DNA from: a bacterium UBA2214
Lineage (GTDB): Bacteria > Zhuqueibacterota > Zhuqueibacteria > Residuimicrobiales > Residuimicrobiaceae
Direction of reading: 5' to 3'
Assembly (NCBI GenBank): GCA_002327255.1
Contig: DCUM01000204.1
Span: 781-64,780 of the forward strand
DNA: 64,000 nucleotides
Each line of letters starts with the position of its first letter. The stretch's first letter is position 1. Both the position numbers and the translations under genes were made by a program. Positions 35,709-46,267 of the stretch are shown here, piece after piece. The notes beneath the pieces are model-generated. The model was given only the letters and a program-made list of their open reading frames with translations. It did no database searches and was not told the origin of the DNA.

Positions 35709-36347
35709 TTGACTTCCTTGACCGACATTTTTTCGCCGCTCGCCAGCAGTAATCTGCTCGAATGGTTTCAGGACTTGAACCAGCTCTGGCACGAAACCGG
35801 CCCCATTGCTCCCGAAGACCGCCAGGCGTCCAAAGGCATGACACAGTGGATTCACTATCATAATTATTGCCTGTGGCATGAGGAGGATGAGGCCCGACGC
35901 AGCGATGTGCCCGATGCCTATATTGTGCGTGCCAAACGAGACATCGACAAACACAACCAACAACGCAACGATGGCATCGAAAAAGTGGATGTTTGGATTG
36001 ATAATGTATTGAGTACGGCAGGGATTCAGCCCGATGAACAGGTCGAGCTCAATTCAGAAACCCCCGGCGCCATCATAGACCGGCTCTCCATTCTCACACT
36101 CAAAATTTATCACATGGAGGAGCAGAAAGAGCGTCCGGATCTATCCGATGACTTGCGCAATTTGTGCGACCTGCGACGCTCCATTTTGCACGAGCAGATC
36201 AACGATCTCGCCCGTGCACTCGACAAACTCTTTCTCGATCTCAGACAGGTGAAAAAGAGACACAAAGTATACCGCCAATTCAAAATGTACAACGATCCCC
36301 GATTCAATCCCGCTGTCTATCTGCATCGCAGAGACGATTTGAACTGA
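35709..36347 (+). CDS. DUF4254-family protein
   Basis: TTG start with GAGGAG RBS. Conserved IHYHNYCLWHEED, ILTLKIYHMEEQKER and YRQFKMYNDPRFNPAVY resemble DUF4254. Confidence 0.5.
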   Translation: MTSLTDIFSPLASSNLLEWFQDLNQLWHETGPIAPEDRQASKGMTQWIHYHNYCLWHEEDEARRSDVPDAYIVRAKRDIDKHNQQRNDGIEKVDVWIDNVLSTAGIQPDEQVELNSETPGAIIDRLSILTLKIYHMEEQKERPDLSDDLRNLCDLRRSILHEQINDLARALDKLFLDLRQVKKRHKVYRQFKMYNDPRFNPAVYLHRRDDLN

Positions 36348-36647
36348 ACAACAGGCGATCGCATTGTCTGTGCGCTCCGCGCATTTGCTGTTCCGCGGAA
36401 CTTTATGACGCTTAATACGTTTTATAAACAACACCAGCGGATGGGCATTCGCACATATCCTGTTTCCGTCCGCCGCCTTTTGCAAACAGAATCAGGCATT
36501 CCTTTCAATATAGTTCCAATTTTAGTTGATTTTTACCATCAACTATTGTAAATTATATCTATTTTTAACGTTAATTTATTTTTATTATAGATGGGTTCTA
36601 TGTTCGGTGGTGTGGAGACACATGGCCGGGAAGGAGGTCTATATCAT

Positions 36648-37172
36648 ATGATGAAAATCGGCAGTCTGGATACCGTCGAAGCGCTCAAGATGGCTATCCA
36701 ATGCAAAATGGAGATGAAAAGCTATTATGCGAAATGCGCTCAACTGATGCACAACGATGATGCCATGACCATACTGGACGGTCTTGCTGAAAAAGAAGAA
36801 CGCCACCGCATTCAGCTGATTCGCAAATACAGTTCCATCAGCGGCAAGAAGATTCTTTATCTCAACCTTGGCAAAAAACATAAACTGGGCACACTGATTC
36901 CTTGCGGTGAAGACCCCAATGAAGCCGTGCGTGCCGCCAAGAAGAACGAGACCGAAATCAAGAATTTCTATACCACGGTTTCACGCCGGCTGTACGAGAG
37001 TGATATGCGGCAGATGTTCCGCCAGCTGGCGATGGAGGAAGAGCAACACATTGCCCTGCTGGAATCGACTTTTGTGGAACCGCTGAACCTCGATCAGGGC
37101 GCTGCGGCTCAGAACGATGCCATCTACCAGGAAATGGCCGCGGAAGGAAATGACGGAGCCTCTACATGGTGA
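36648..37172 (+). CDS. Rubrerythrin/ferritin-like di-iron protein
   Basis: Internal start MMKIG after GGAAGGAGG. E-x2-H-type pairs: EMKSYYAKCA...EKEERHRIQL and LAMEEEQHIALL. Confidence 0.6.
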   Translation: MMKIGSLDTVEALKMAIQCKMEMKSYYAKCAQLMHNDDAMTILDGLAEKEERHRIQLIRKYSSISGKKILYLNLGKKHKLGTLIPCGEDPNEAVRAAKKNETEIKNFYTTVSRRLYESDMRQMFRQLAMEEEQHIALLESTFVEPLNLDQGAAAQNDAIYQEMAAEGNDGASTW

Positions 37173-37385
37173 CGCGCTGTTCAGAGAACGTCTGATCTGC
37201 TATCCCGTAGATCTCGAAAAAGCTCGCTTGCATCATGCAGCGGGCTTTTTTTTGCCATCGCGCATTTTTGCCGTCACCCCTAACCGGTGCGAATTGAGCT
37301 TGATTTTATTGGAAATAATTGTTATTTTTAACCGGAATTTACGGGCCTCGATTTCAATCTCATGTGCTTTTCACGCGAGGTAATT

Positions 37386-38606
37386 ATGAAGCCAATTTAT
37401 ATGGATCATCATGCGACCACTCCCATGGACCCGGAAGTCCTCGACGCCATGATGCCCTTTTTGACGAGCGATTTTGGCAATCCATCCAGCAGCACCCACA
37501 TTTACGGCCGCCAGGCGCGCGTCGCCGTGGAAAACGCCCGGGAACAGATCGCCGCGTTGATCGGCGCTGAACGCAGCGATGAAATCATCCTCACCAGTGG
37601 CGCCACCGAATCGGATAACCTGGCCCTGAAAGGACTCGCTTTCCGGCAAACGGCCGGCAAAGGCCACTTCATCACCATCGCCACCGAACACAAGGCCATT
37701 CTCGACACCGCCGAATTTTTGAAAAAACAGGGTTTTGAGGTCACCTATGCCCGCATCGATTCCTACGGGGTTGTTGACCTGGACGACCTGCGCCAGCAGA
37801 TTCGTAAAGATACCCTGCTCATCACCATTCAGGCCGCCAACAGCGAAATCGGCACCCTTCAGCCCATAGCCGATATAGCACGCATCGCCCACGAAAACGG
37901 CATCGTGTTTCATAGCGACGCCGTGCAGGCCCTCGGCAGAATGGCTGTCGATGTCGTCAAGGACGGGATCGATCTGCTCTCCATATCCGCTCACAAGATC
38001 TACGGTCCCAAGGGGGTCGGGGCCCTGTATGTCAAAAAAGGCATTCGCCTGCAGCCCCTGTTGCACGGCGGCGGACACGAACACGGCATGCGCTCCGGAA
38101 CCCTCAACGTGCCAGGCATCGTCGGCCTCGGCAAGGCGGCTGAAATCGCCGGACGCGATCTGGCAACTGAATCACAGCGTCAGCTGCAACTGCGCGAACG
38201 TCTGCGGCATGGCATCGAATCGAGAATAGAACTGGTTCGTTTGAATGGTCATCCGCAACAGCGCCTGGTCAATAATCTCAATTACAGCTTTTCCTTTGTC
38301 GAGGGCGAGTCACTGATGCTGGCATGCCGCGATGTCGCACTCTCTTCCGGTTCCGCCTGCACCTCGGCTTCACTGCAATCATCCTATGTGCTGCGCGCCA
38401 TCGGGGTTGCGGAGACACTGGCACACTCCTCGATTCGGTTCGGCCTGGGGAAAAGCAATACCGCCGCGGAGGTCGATCATCTGCTCGATCTGCTGCAAAA
38501 GCAGGTGAAACGATTGCGGGAGATGTCACCCCTGTACGATATGGCCCAAGAAGGTGTGGACCTTGAAAACTATGCATGGAGTCCGCATGATCACCACAAT
38601 CACTGA
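37386..38606 (+). CDS. iscS: Cysteine desulfurase (IscS/NifS)
   Basis: PLP-Lys SAHKIYGPKG and active-site SSGSACTS. GAGG RBS. Confidence 0.85.
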   Translation: MKPIYMDHHATTPMDPEVLDAMMPFLTSDFGNPSSSTHIYGRQARVAVENAREQIAALIGAERSDEIILTSGATESDNLALKGLAFRQTAGKGHFITIATEHKAILDTAEFLKKQGFEVTYARIDSYGVVDLDDLRQQIRKDTLLITIQAANSEIGTLQPIADIARIAHENGIVFHSDAVQALGRMAVDVVKDGIDLLSISAHKIYGPKGVGALYVKKGIRLQPLLHGGGHEHGMRSGTLNVPGIVGLGKAAEIAGRDLATESQRQLQLRERLRHGIESRIELVRLNGHPQQRLVNNLNYSFSFVEGESLMLACRDVALSSGSACTSASLQSSYVLRAIGVAETLAHSSIRFGLGKSNTAAEVDHLLDLLQKQVKRLREMSPLYDMAQEGVDLENYAWSPHDHHNH

Positions 38607-38617
38607 GGAAATTAACG

Positions 38618-39022
38618 ATGGATGCCTGGGACGAATATACTGAAAAAGTCATGGAACATTACGAGAATCCGCGCAACGTCGGCACGGCCGACAATGCCAA
38701 CGGGGTCGGCGTCGTCGGCAATCCAGCCTGCGGCGACGTCATGAAATTGACGATCCGCGTCGAGGATGATCGCATCGTGGATGCAAAATTCAAGACATTC
38801 GGCTGTGGTGCCGCCATCGCCACCAGTTCCATGGTCACAGAGATGGTCATCGGTAAAACCGTCACGGAAGCTTTGCACATCTCCAATAAAGCGGTGGCCG
38901 AAGCGCTGGGCGGATTGCCGAAAATCAAGATGCATTGTTCGGTGTTGGCAGAGGATGCGCTCAAAGCGGCTGTCGATGATTACCGGAAAAAAACGGGCAA
39001 AACCGATCTCGCCACAAAATGA
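38618..39022 (+). CDS. iscU: Fe-S cluster scaffold IscU/NifU
   Basis: NPACGDVM, FGCGAAIA, LPKIKMHCS (three Cys + His). Confidence 0.85.
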   Translation: MDAWDEYTEKVMEHYENPRNVGTADNANGVGVVGNPACGDVMKLTIRVEDDRIVDAKFKTFGCGAAIATSSMVTEMVIGKTVTEALHISNKAVAEALGGLPKIKMHCSVLAEDALKAAVDDYRKKTGKTDLATK

Positions 39023-39237
39023 GGAGACCAAGCTTGGGAACGTTGAAATTATACATTGTCTACCATCTGGGCGCCAATGCCTGCTGGAGTCTGCGCGTCG
39101 CACGCTCTCCGGAAGAGGCACTGACCCATTGTCTGGATCACAAGGAATCCGGACCGCAAAAACAGGCCCATGAAGGAAGCTGTCGCGTCGAAGAGGTGCA
39201 GCTGCCGGGCTACCGTATCATCATTGAATCTGAATGA
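39019..39237 (+). CDS. Small hypothetical protein (72 aa) translationally coupled to iscU (ATGA overlap)
   Basis: Its start overlaps the iscU stop. Codon usage looks coding. No family recognised (it is not IscX-like). Confidence 0.35.
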   Translation: MRRPSLGTLKLYIVYHLGANACWSLRVARSPEEALTHCLDHKESGPQKQAHEGSCRVEEVQLPGYRIIIESE

Positions 39238-39291
39238 AATAATTCGCAACGATAATCAGTTTACGCTTGTGAAAAAGGAGAGTGCGCAACG

Positions 39292-40485
39292 ATGAAACCT
39301 GTGCAAATCAAGCCCGATGTCTACTGGATTGGGGCGTTACATCCCGATTTACGGGTCTTTGATATCATCATGTATTGCAAGAATGGCACCACCTACAACA
39401 GCTACCTGGTGAAAGGCGACAAGGTTGCCATTATCGATACCGTCAAAGACAAGTTCTCGGCCGGCTATCTCGAACGGATTGCCGAACTGGTCGATTTCTC
39501 GCGCATTGACTATATTGTGGCGCAGCACAATGAAATGGATCATGCGGGGAGTCTGGCCGCCTTGCTGGAAAAAGCGCCCCAGGCACAAATCGTCTGCTCA
39601 AAACCGGCTGCCAAATATGTGCAAAACATACTCAACAGGGATGTCGCCATCAAAACCGTTGAAGCGGGAGAAATTATCGATCTCGGCGGCAAATCCCTGC
39701 AGTTTTTCCCGGCGCCGTTTTTGCATTGGCCGGACACCATGATGACCTATCTGCAAGAGGATAAGGTGCTTTTCACCTGCGACATGTTCGGCGCCCATTT
39801 TTGCGACAGCCACCTCTTCAACGACCTGATCACGCGCGATACCCAGGCGGATTTCAGGTATTATTTCGATATGATCATGCGTCCGTTTAAAAAACAGGTG
39901 CGCAATGGGTTGAAAAAAATTGCGGAACTGCCCTTCGATATGATCGCACCCAGCCATGGGCCGATCTTGCGCGAGAAGGCAAGGGATTACGTCGAGGCGT
40001 ACGATCGCTGGTCGCTTCCCGCTGCAGCAAATACGCCGCGCCGGCTGTTGATCTATTACGCCAGCGCCTATGGTAACACCGAGCGCATGGCGGAACAAAT
40101 CGCGCGCGGCGCCCAGGCTTCCGGCCTGGCGGTCGATCTCTACGATGCAACTGCCATCCAGCCGCAAGATCACCTCGACCGCATCGAGTCCGCCGACGCC
40201 ATTGCCATCGGCAGTCCCACCATCAACAACGATGCCGTCAAACCGGTGTGGAATCTGCTCTCGAGTCTGGTGACGCTCGATCTCAAGGGCAAAATCGGCG
40301 CAAGTTTCGGTTCCATGGGGTGGAGCGGCGAGGCCGTCGATTATCTCGATCAAAGACTGGCCCATCTTAAACTCAAGGTCACACAACCCGGACTCAAAAT
40401 CAATTTGATACCGAGTGATGAAGATTTGCAACAGTGCTTTGTGTTCGGCCAGGCCATCGCTGCGGCTGCGCAGGCAAAGGAGTAA
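39292..40485 (+). CDS. Flavodiiron protein (FprA-type A: metallo-beta-lactamase + flavodoxin domains), O2/NO reductase
   Basis: MBL motif HNEMDHAG. Flavodoxin domain LLIYYASAYGNTERMAEQIA. Confidence 0.8.
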   Translation: MKPVQIKPDVYWIGALHPDLRVFDIIMYCKNGTTYNSYLVKGDKVAIIDTVKDKFSAGYLERIAELVDFSRIDYIVAQHNEMDHAGSLAALLEKAPQAQIVCSKPAAKYVQNILNRDVAIKTVEAGEIIDLGGKSLQFFPAPFLHWPDTMMTYLQEDKVLFTCDMFGAHFCDSHLFNDLITRDTQADFRYYFDMIMRPFKKQVRNGLKKIAELPFDMIAPSHGPILREKARDYVEAYDRWSLPAAANTPRRLLIYYASAYGNTERMAEQIARGAQASGLAVDLYDATAIQPQDHLDRIESADAIAIGSPTINNDAVKPVWNLLSSLVTLDLKGKIGASFGSMGWSGEAVDYLDQRLAHLKLKVTQPGLKINLIPSDEDLQQCFVFGQAIAAAAQAKE

Positions 40486-40516
40486 GGACAGACAACACCC
40501 AGCAGGGAGTCATTCT

Positions 40517-41914
40517 ATGGCAGAAAAATACGATCTCGTTGTAATCGGATCCGGTCCCGGCGGTTATGTGGCCGCCATCCGGGCGTCTCAATTGGGGCTC
40601 AAAACCGCCGTCATTGAAAAGGCAGAACTGGGCGGCGTCTGTCTGAACTGGGGCTGCATTCCCACCAAGGCACTGCTCCACAGTGCGACGCTGCTCAATC
40701 ATATCAAGCGTGCGGCTGATTTCGGGATCGTCACATCGGACGTCTCCGTCGATTTTGCCAAAGTCGTCAAACACAGCCGCACGACCGCAGCGCGGCTCTC
40801 CAAAGGCATTGAATTTCTCTTCCGCAAGAACAAGATCACGACGATCCCCGGGCACGGCCGGCTCGTCGCCAAAGACAAGGTGGAGGTCACGGCAGCGGAC
40901 AAAAGCAAACAGATCGTCCAGGCCGGCAACATCCTCATCGCCAGCGGCGCGCGCGCGCGCGCCATCCCCGGCGTGTCCTTTGATGGCAAAACCATCATCA
41001 GCGCACGAGAAGCCATGGTGCTGGAAAAACCACCCGCAACACTCCTGATCATCGGCGCCGGCGCCATCGGTGTCGAGTTCGCCTATTTCTATGCCTCCAT
41101 GGGAAGCAAGGTGACGCTCATCGAGATGATGCCGCATATTCTGCCCATCGAGGACAAGGAGGCGGTGGACGTGGTGGCCAAAGCCTTTAAAAAGAGCGCT
41201 ATCGATATCCTCACCGACACCAAAGTCGAAAAGGTGGAAAAAACCGCCAAAGGCGTCGTGCTGACGCTGTCAGGGGCGGAGGGCGCAAAAACCGTTGCAG
41301 GGGAGAAGGCACTGGTCGCCATCGGCGTGCAGGGCAATAGCGAAGAGCTCGGACTCGAAACCGTGGGCATCCAGGTCGAACGCGGCTTCATCCAGGTTGA
41401 TAAAAAGACCTATAAAACCAATGTGGAAGGCATCTACGCCATCGGTGACATCATCGGACCTCCCTGGCTGGCGCATGTCGCTTCGGCCGAGGGCATTGCG
41501 GCAGTGGAAGGAATCGCCGGACATCCCTCCAAAGCGGTCGATTACGACAATGTCCCCGGATGCACCTATTGTCAACCGCAGGTGGCCAGCATGGGTTTGA
41601 CCGAGGAGAAGGCCAGAGAAATGGGACGCGATGTAAAAATAGGCCGTTTCCCCCTGCGCGCCAATGGAAAATCGTTGGCCATGGGTGAGAGTGAGGGATT
41701 CGTCAAACTCATCTTCGAGGCGCAATATGGCGAATTGATCGGTGCCCATATCGTCGGCGCCGAAGCCACGGAGTTGCTGGCCGAACTCAATGTCGCCAAA
41801 GCGCTGGAAACCACGGCCGATGAACTCATGCATACCATGCATGCCCATCCCACCGTCTCCGAAGCCATCAAGGAAGCCAGCGAAGACGCATTTGGTCGCG
41901 CGATTCATATTTAA
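40517..41914 (+). CDS. lpdA: Dihydrolipoyl dehydrogenase (E3)
   Basis: MAEKYDLVVIGSGPGGY (FAD) and GGVCLNWGCIPTKAL (redox disulfide). GGGAG RBS. Confidence 0.85.
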   Translation: MAEKYDLVVIGSGPGGYVAAIRASQLGLKTAVIEKAELGGVCLNWGCIPTKALLHSATLLNHIKRAADFGIVTSDVSVDFAKVVKHSRTTAARLSKGIEFLFRKNKITTIPGHGRLVAKDKVEVTAADKSKQIVQAGNILIASGARARAIPGVSFDGKTIISAREAMVLEKPPATLLIIGAGAIGVEFAYFYASMGSKVTLIEMMPHILPIEDKEAVDVVAKAFKKSAIDILTDTKVEKVEKTAKGVVLTLSGAEGAKTVAGEKALVAIGVQGNSEELGLETVGIQVERGFIQVDKKTYKTNVEGIYAIGDIIGPPWLAHVASAEGIAAVEGIAGHPSKAVDYDNVPGCTYCQPQVASMGLTEEKAREMGRDVKIGRFPLRANGKSLAMGESEGFVKLIFEAQYGELIGAHIVGAEATELLAELNVAKALETTADELMHTMHAHPTVSEAIKEASEDAFGRAIHI

Positions 41915-41971
41915 GCGACGTGGTCGTCCTGGCTGTCCTTTGATCGTGCATAATGAGAGAGCAGGAGATCC

Positions 41972-43987
41972 TTGTTGACAAGATATAAATCAATATCAAA
42001 TAAAGATTTAGTGCCTATTTATCGCCTGATGTATACCAGCCGTCTGCTCGATGAAAAGATGCTCATCCTGCTGCGTCAGGGCAAATCCTACTTTCACATC
42101 GGTGCCGCAGGACATGAAGCGGCACAAATCGCCGCGGGCATGGCCCTTCATCCGGGCAGCGATTGGGCCTTTCCCTATTACCGCGACCTCGCCTTCGTGC
42201 TCTCCTGGGGTACGACTGTCGAGGAGATTCTTCTCAATTTTCTCGCCCGCAGAGAGGATCCTTCTTCCGCCGGCCGGCAGATGCCGCAGCATTATGGACA
42301 TAAAAAACTGAATATCGTCTCACAATCGAGTCCGACCGGTAGCCAATATCTCCAGGCCGTCGGTGTCGCCATGGCCGGCAAGCGCCTCGGCACCTCCGAG
42401 GTGGTCTATGTCTCTTCCGGAGAGGGGGCCACCAGCCAGGGTGACTTCTATGAAGCCATCAATTGGGCCACGCGCGACAAATTGCCGGTGCTTTTTTTCA
42501 TTCAGGATAATCACTACGCCATCTCCGTCCCCAGTTCGCAGCAGACCGCAGGTACCTCTGTCTATGAAATGGTGATGGGCTATAAAAGCCTGCACCGTCA
42601 TTGCGTCGACGGACTCGATCTGGAGCAGACTTATCAAACGGTGCAACATTGCGCACACATCGCCCGGCAGGGGGAAGGCCCGAGCCTCATCGTCGCCCGC
42701 ACCGTTCGCCTCCTCTCACACTCTTCCTCTGACGATCATCGCAAATATCGCTCCGCCGGCGACCTGGAAGAAGAACTTAAAGTAGATCCTCTCGGCAATC
42801 TGCAGCAAAAATTGCTCTCTGCGGGTATCCTTTCACCCGAAGCTGTGGCGGAACTTGAATCCGGCATCCGCCTGCAGATCGACCGCGCGGCCGCCATGGC
42901 GGAGGCAGCGCCCTCCGCGGATCCGGCTAGCGTCCGCGATCATCTTTTCGCCACACCTTACGGGCCCCATACCGTGACTCCCTTTCCCGACGATGATACC
43001 CAAAAAATTGTCATGGTCGATGCCCTGAACCATGCCCTCGCCGAAGAACTGGCCGCCAATGACAAACTGCTCATTTACGGGCAGGATGTCGCCGATGATA
43101 AAGGGGGCGTATTCACCGTGACCAAGGGACTCTCGACGCGATTTGGTCCGGAGCGGGTTTTCAATTCCCCACTGGCCGAATCGAGCATCATTGGAACGGC
43201 CATTGGACTGGCGCTGCGCGGATTCAAACCCGTCGTCGAAATACAATTCGCTGATTACATCTGGACGGCGATGATGCAGATCCGCAATGAAGTGGCCACC
43301 ATGCGTTGGCGTTCGGCCGGCCAATTCAGCGTTCCCATGGTCATCCGCGTGCCGGTGGGTGGCTACATCCATGGCGGTTTGTGCCACAGCCAGAATATCG
43401 AAGCCTTTTTCGCCCATATTCCGGGACTCTATATCGTTTTCCCATCCACGGCTGCCGACGCCAAAGGTCTCCTGAAAGAAGCCATTCATCAACCCGATCC
43501 GGTACTGTTTCTGGAACATAAAGGACTCTATCGGCAAAGTTTCGCCATGACGGCGGAACCGGGGGCGGATTATCGTCTGCCCTTTGGCGTAGCCGCTGTC
43601 CGCCGTCCCGGTGTGGATGTCACTGTGGTCACTTATGGCCTGCTGGTATACAAAGCGCTCCAGGTCGCTGCCACTCTGGCGGATCAGGGGATCGATGTGG
43701 AAATCATCGATCTGCGCACCATCTATCCGCTTGACAAGGAGACGCTGTTTGCGTCGCTCGAAAAAACGGGCAGATTGCTGGTGTTGCATGAGGACACGCT
43801 GACGGCCGGTTTTGGTGCAGAGATTGCTGCCATCGCAGCCCGGGAAGCTTTCACCTCCCTGGATGCACCCGTGATGCGGGTGGCGGCGCTGGACACGCCC
43901 ATTCCCTATAATTGGGATTTGGAAGCCGCCGTCCTGCCCCAAAACTGGCACATCGAAACGGCCATCCAGGAACTGGTTGGCTTTTAA
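41972..43987 (+). CDS. 2-oxoacid dehydrogenase E1 component, fused alpha-beta subunits (671 aa)
   Basis: The N-terminal half is an E1-alpha TPP-binding domain (YRDLAF, GEGATSQGDFYEAINWA). The C-terminal half is E1-beta (PLAESSIIGTAIGLALRGFKPVVEIQFADYIW). Confidence 0.75.
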   Translation: MLTRYKSISNKDLVPIYRLMYTSRLLDEKMLILLRQGKSYFHIGAAGHEAAQIAAGMALHPGSDWAFPYYRDLAFVLSWGTTVEEILLNFLARREDPSSAGRQMPQHYGHKKLNIVSQSSPTGSQYLQAVGVAMAGKRLGTSEVVYVSSGEGATSQGDFYEAINWATRDKLPVLFFIQDNHYAISVPSSQQTAGTSVYEMVMGYKSLHRHCVDGLDLEQTYQTVQHCAHIARQGEGPSLIVARTVRLLSHSSSDDHRKYRSAGDLEEELKVDPLGNLQQKLLSAGILSPEAVAELESGIRLQIDRAAAMAEAAPSADPASVRDHLFATPYGPHTVTPFPDDDTQKIVMVDALNHALAEELAANDKLLIYGQDVADDKGGVFTVTKGLSTRFGPERVFNSPLAESSIIGTAIGLALRGFKPVVEIQFADYIWTAMMQIRNEVATMRWRSAGQFSVPMVIRVPVGGYIHGGLCHSQNIEAFFAHIPGLYIVFPSTAADAKGLLKEAIHQPDPVLFLEHKGLYRQSFAMTAEPGADYRLPFGVAAVRRPGVDVTVVTYGLLVYKALQVAATLADQGIDVEIIDLRTIYPLDKETLFASLEKTGRLLVLHEDTLTAGFGAEIAAIAAREAFTSLDAPVMRVAALDTPIPYNWDLEAAVLPQNWHIETAIQELVGF

Positions 43988-44002
43988 AGGAAAGGAATCA
44001 TT

Positions 44003-44980
44003 ATGTCCCGGCCGGAAATGGAAATATCGCCGGATATTCAGATAAAGCTCTACACGCTCATGGTCAAAACCCGGGCCACGGAAGATCGTATCATCGCGCT
44101 GTACCGGCAGGGCCGCATTGTAGGTGGTGCCTACACGGGGCGCGGTGTTGAAGGCACCACCGTCGGCGCCGCGCTCGCCCTTGAACCGCAAGATTATCTC
44201 TTTCCCATCCACCGCGATCTCGGTGCGCATCTGGCCAAGGGACAGAGTGTGCTCAACATTCTGCTGCAATATCTGGGACGCGGCAACAGCCTGACCAGGG
44301 GCAAAGACAGCGGCATTCATGTCACCGACCCGGCCTTGAACATCGTTGGTAATGTCAGCCATCTCGGGCATATGATTCCGGTCGCTGTGGGCGCCGCCAT
44401 TGGCAAGCGCATGCAGGGCGAAAAAGTGGTCAGCCTCAACTTCATCGGCGAGGGGGGCAGCAATATCGGCGACTTTCACGAAGGCCTCAATTTTGCCGCC
44501 GTGCAGAAGGCGCCTTTCGTGCTCATCATTGAAAACAACCAGTACGCCTATTCGACGCCGACGCATAAAGGCTATGTTTGCAAATATCTCTCCGACCGCG
44601 CCGCGGGCTATGGCATTCCCGGCCATCACGTCGATGGCACGGATGCCTTGCAGGTCTATGCGGTCGTCAGGGAAGCGGTGGAACGCGCCCGCAGCGGAGA
44701 TGGCCCCAGCCTGATCGAATGCCTGAGTTTCCGCATGGTTGGCCACTCCGCCCATGACGATGCGTTCTATGTCGATAAAAACCGCATGAAAGAGTATGAA
44801 AAGAAGGATCCGATCGCGCGGCTGGAGAAAAAGCTGTTTGAAACCGCTCTGTTGACATCCGCTCAGGCGGCCGCCATTAAAAAAGAGATCGATGAAGAAA
44901 TCGAAAATGCCACGGAAACGGCCATCAACAGTCCCATGCCCGAACCCCATTGGGCGGCTGAAGGCGTCTACGCGGAATAG
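44003..44980 (+). CDS. 2-oxoacid (pyruvate/branched-chain) dehydrogenase E1 alpha subunit
   Basis: HRDLGAHL, GEGGSNIGDFHEGLNFAA TPP motif. Confidence 0.8.
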   Translation: MSRPEMEISPDIQIKLYTLMVKTRATEDRIIALYRQGRIVGGAYTGRGVEGTTVGAALALEPQDYLFPIHRDLGAHLAKGQSVLNILLQYLGRGNSLTRGKDSGIHVTDPALNIVGNVSHLGHMIPVAVGAAIGKRMQGEKVVSLNFIGEGGSNIGDFHEGLNFAAVQKAPFVLIIENNQYAYSTPTHKGYVCKYLSDRAAGYGIPGHHVDGTDALQVYAVVREAVERARSGDGPSLIECLSFRMVGHSAHDDAFYVDKNRMKEYEKKDPIARLEKKLFETALLTSAQAAAIKKEIDEEIENATETAINSPMPEPHWAAEGVYAE

Positions 44981-44998
44981 CATGGAGGATCATTCCAT

Positions 44999-45979
44999 AT
45001 GGCAGAAACAACCTATATTCAGGCCATCACGGACGCCATGCGTGAAGAGATGCTCCGCGATCCCGGGGTTTTTATTTTGGGCGAGGACATCGGCGTCTAT
45101 GGCGGCGCCTTCAAGGTCACCAGGGGCCTCATCGATGAGTTTGGCGAAGAGCGCATCATGGACACGCCGATCTCCGAATCCGCCATCATCGGCGTCGCTG
45201 TGGGGGCCGCCCTGGTGGGCATGCGGCCCATCGCGGAGATTCAGTTTGCCGATTTCATCACCGTCGCATTCAGCCAGATCGTCACCAATGCCGCCACCAT
45301 GCATTACCGCTACGGCACACCCGTGCCGCTGGTCGTCCGGGCGCCTTCGGGAGGAGGCATTCATGGCGGCGCCTTTCATTCCAAAAATCCCGAGGCCTGG
45401 TTTGTGCATCAGCCCGGTTTGAAGGTGGTCGCACCGGCCACCGCGCGGGATGCCAAGGGGTTGCTCAAGGCGGCGGTGCGCGATAACAATCCCGTCATCT
45501 ATTTTGAAAACAAATATCTCTATCGCCGCGTCAAGGAAGATCTGGATGCGAATGAAGAAGTGGTCGTTCCGCTGGGAAAAGCGGCAACGGTTCGCGGCGG
45601 CGGCGATGTCAGCATCATCACCTACGGTTCCATGGTGCATGCCGCGCAGCAGGCCGCCGAGATCGTCTGCGAACAGGATCAGATCGAGACGGAGATAGTG
45701 GATTTGCGATCCCTGCAGCCCCTCGATGTGGAAGCGATCCTGGCAACGGTGCAAAAAACCAGCCGGGTGGTCATTACCCATGAGGCCAACCTCACCGGAG
45801 GCATCGGCGGGGAAGTGGCAGCGCTGATTTCCGAGCATGCCTTCGAATCGCTCGATGCCCCCATCAAACGCGTGGCGGCGCTGGATACGCCAACGCCGTA
45901 CGCGCCGGCCATGGAAGAGTATTTCATGCCGAATGCAGAAAAAATTGTTAACGCGATACGACAGGTCGTTCGTTTCTAA
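44999..45979 (+). CDS. 2-oxoacid dehydrogenase E1 beta subunit
   Basis: PISESAIIGVAVGAALVGMRPIAEIQFADF transketolase-like domain. Confidence 0.85.
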   Translation: MAETTYIQAITDAMREEMLRDPGVFILGEDIGVYGGAFKVTRGLIDEFGEERIMDTPISESAIIGVAVGAALVGMRPIAEIQFADFITVAFSQIVTNAATMHYRYGTPVPLVVRAPSGGGIHGGAFHSKNPEAWFVHQPGLKVVAPATARDAKGLLKAAVRDNNPVIYFENKYLYRRVKEDLDANEEVVVPLGKAATVRGGGDVSIITYGSMVHAAQQAAEIVCEQDQIETEIVDLRSLQPLDVEAILATVQKTSRVVITHEANLTGGIGGEVAALISEHAFESLDAPIKRVAALDTPTPYAPAMEEYFMPNAEKIVNAIRQVVRF

Positions 45980-45995
45980 CGCCAGAGGTGCACGC

Positions 45996-46241
45996 ATGAC
46001 GAGACACGAAGAAGAAAAATTGCGCTCGATGCGCGAGATTCTCCTCATCGCCATACAACGCGAAGAGGAGGCTTATCAATTTTATATTGGTGCTCGACAG
46101 TGTGCCCGTACGCCCGTTGAAGAGGAGATGTTCACGCGCCTGGCGGCCCAGGAACAGCAGCACAAGAAGACGCTGGAAACCCAGCTGGCTGAAATCAATG
46201 CGCAATTGGAGATCGATCGGGCTTTGTCTTACGACATTTGA
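45996..46241 (+). CDS. Small ferritin-like/rubrerythrin-like domain protein (81 aa)
   Basis: Internal Met of ORF 45837..46241. EEEAYQFY...LAAQEQQHKKTLE resembles E-x2-H diiron-like pairs. Annotation is uncertain. Confidence 0.4.
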   Translation: MTRHEEEKLRSMREILLIAIQREEEAYQFYIGARQCARTPVEEEMFTRLAAQEQQHKKTLETQLAEINAQLEIDRALSYDI

Positions 46242-46267
46242 ACCATCCGGTTTTGAAAGGCTAAAAC

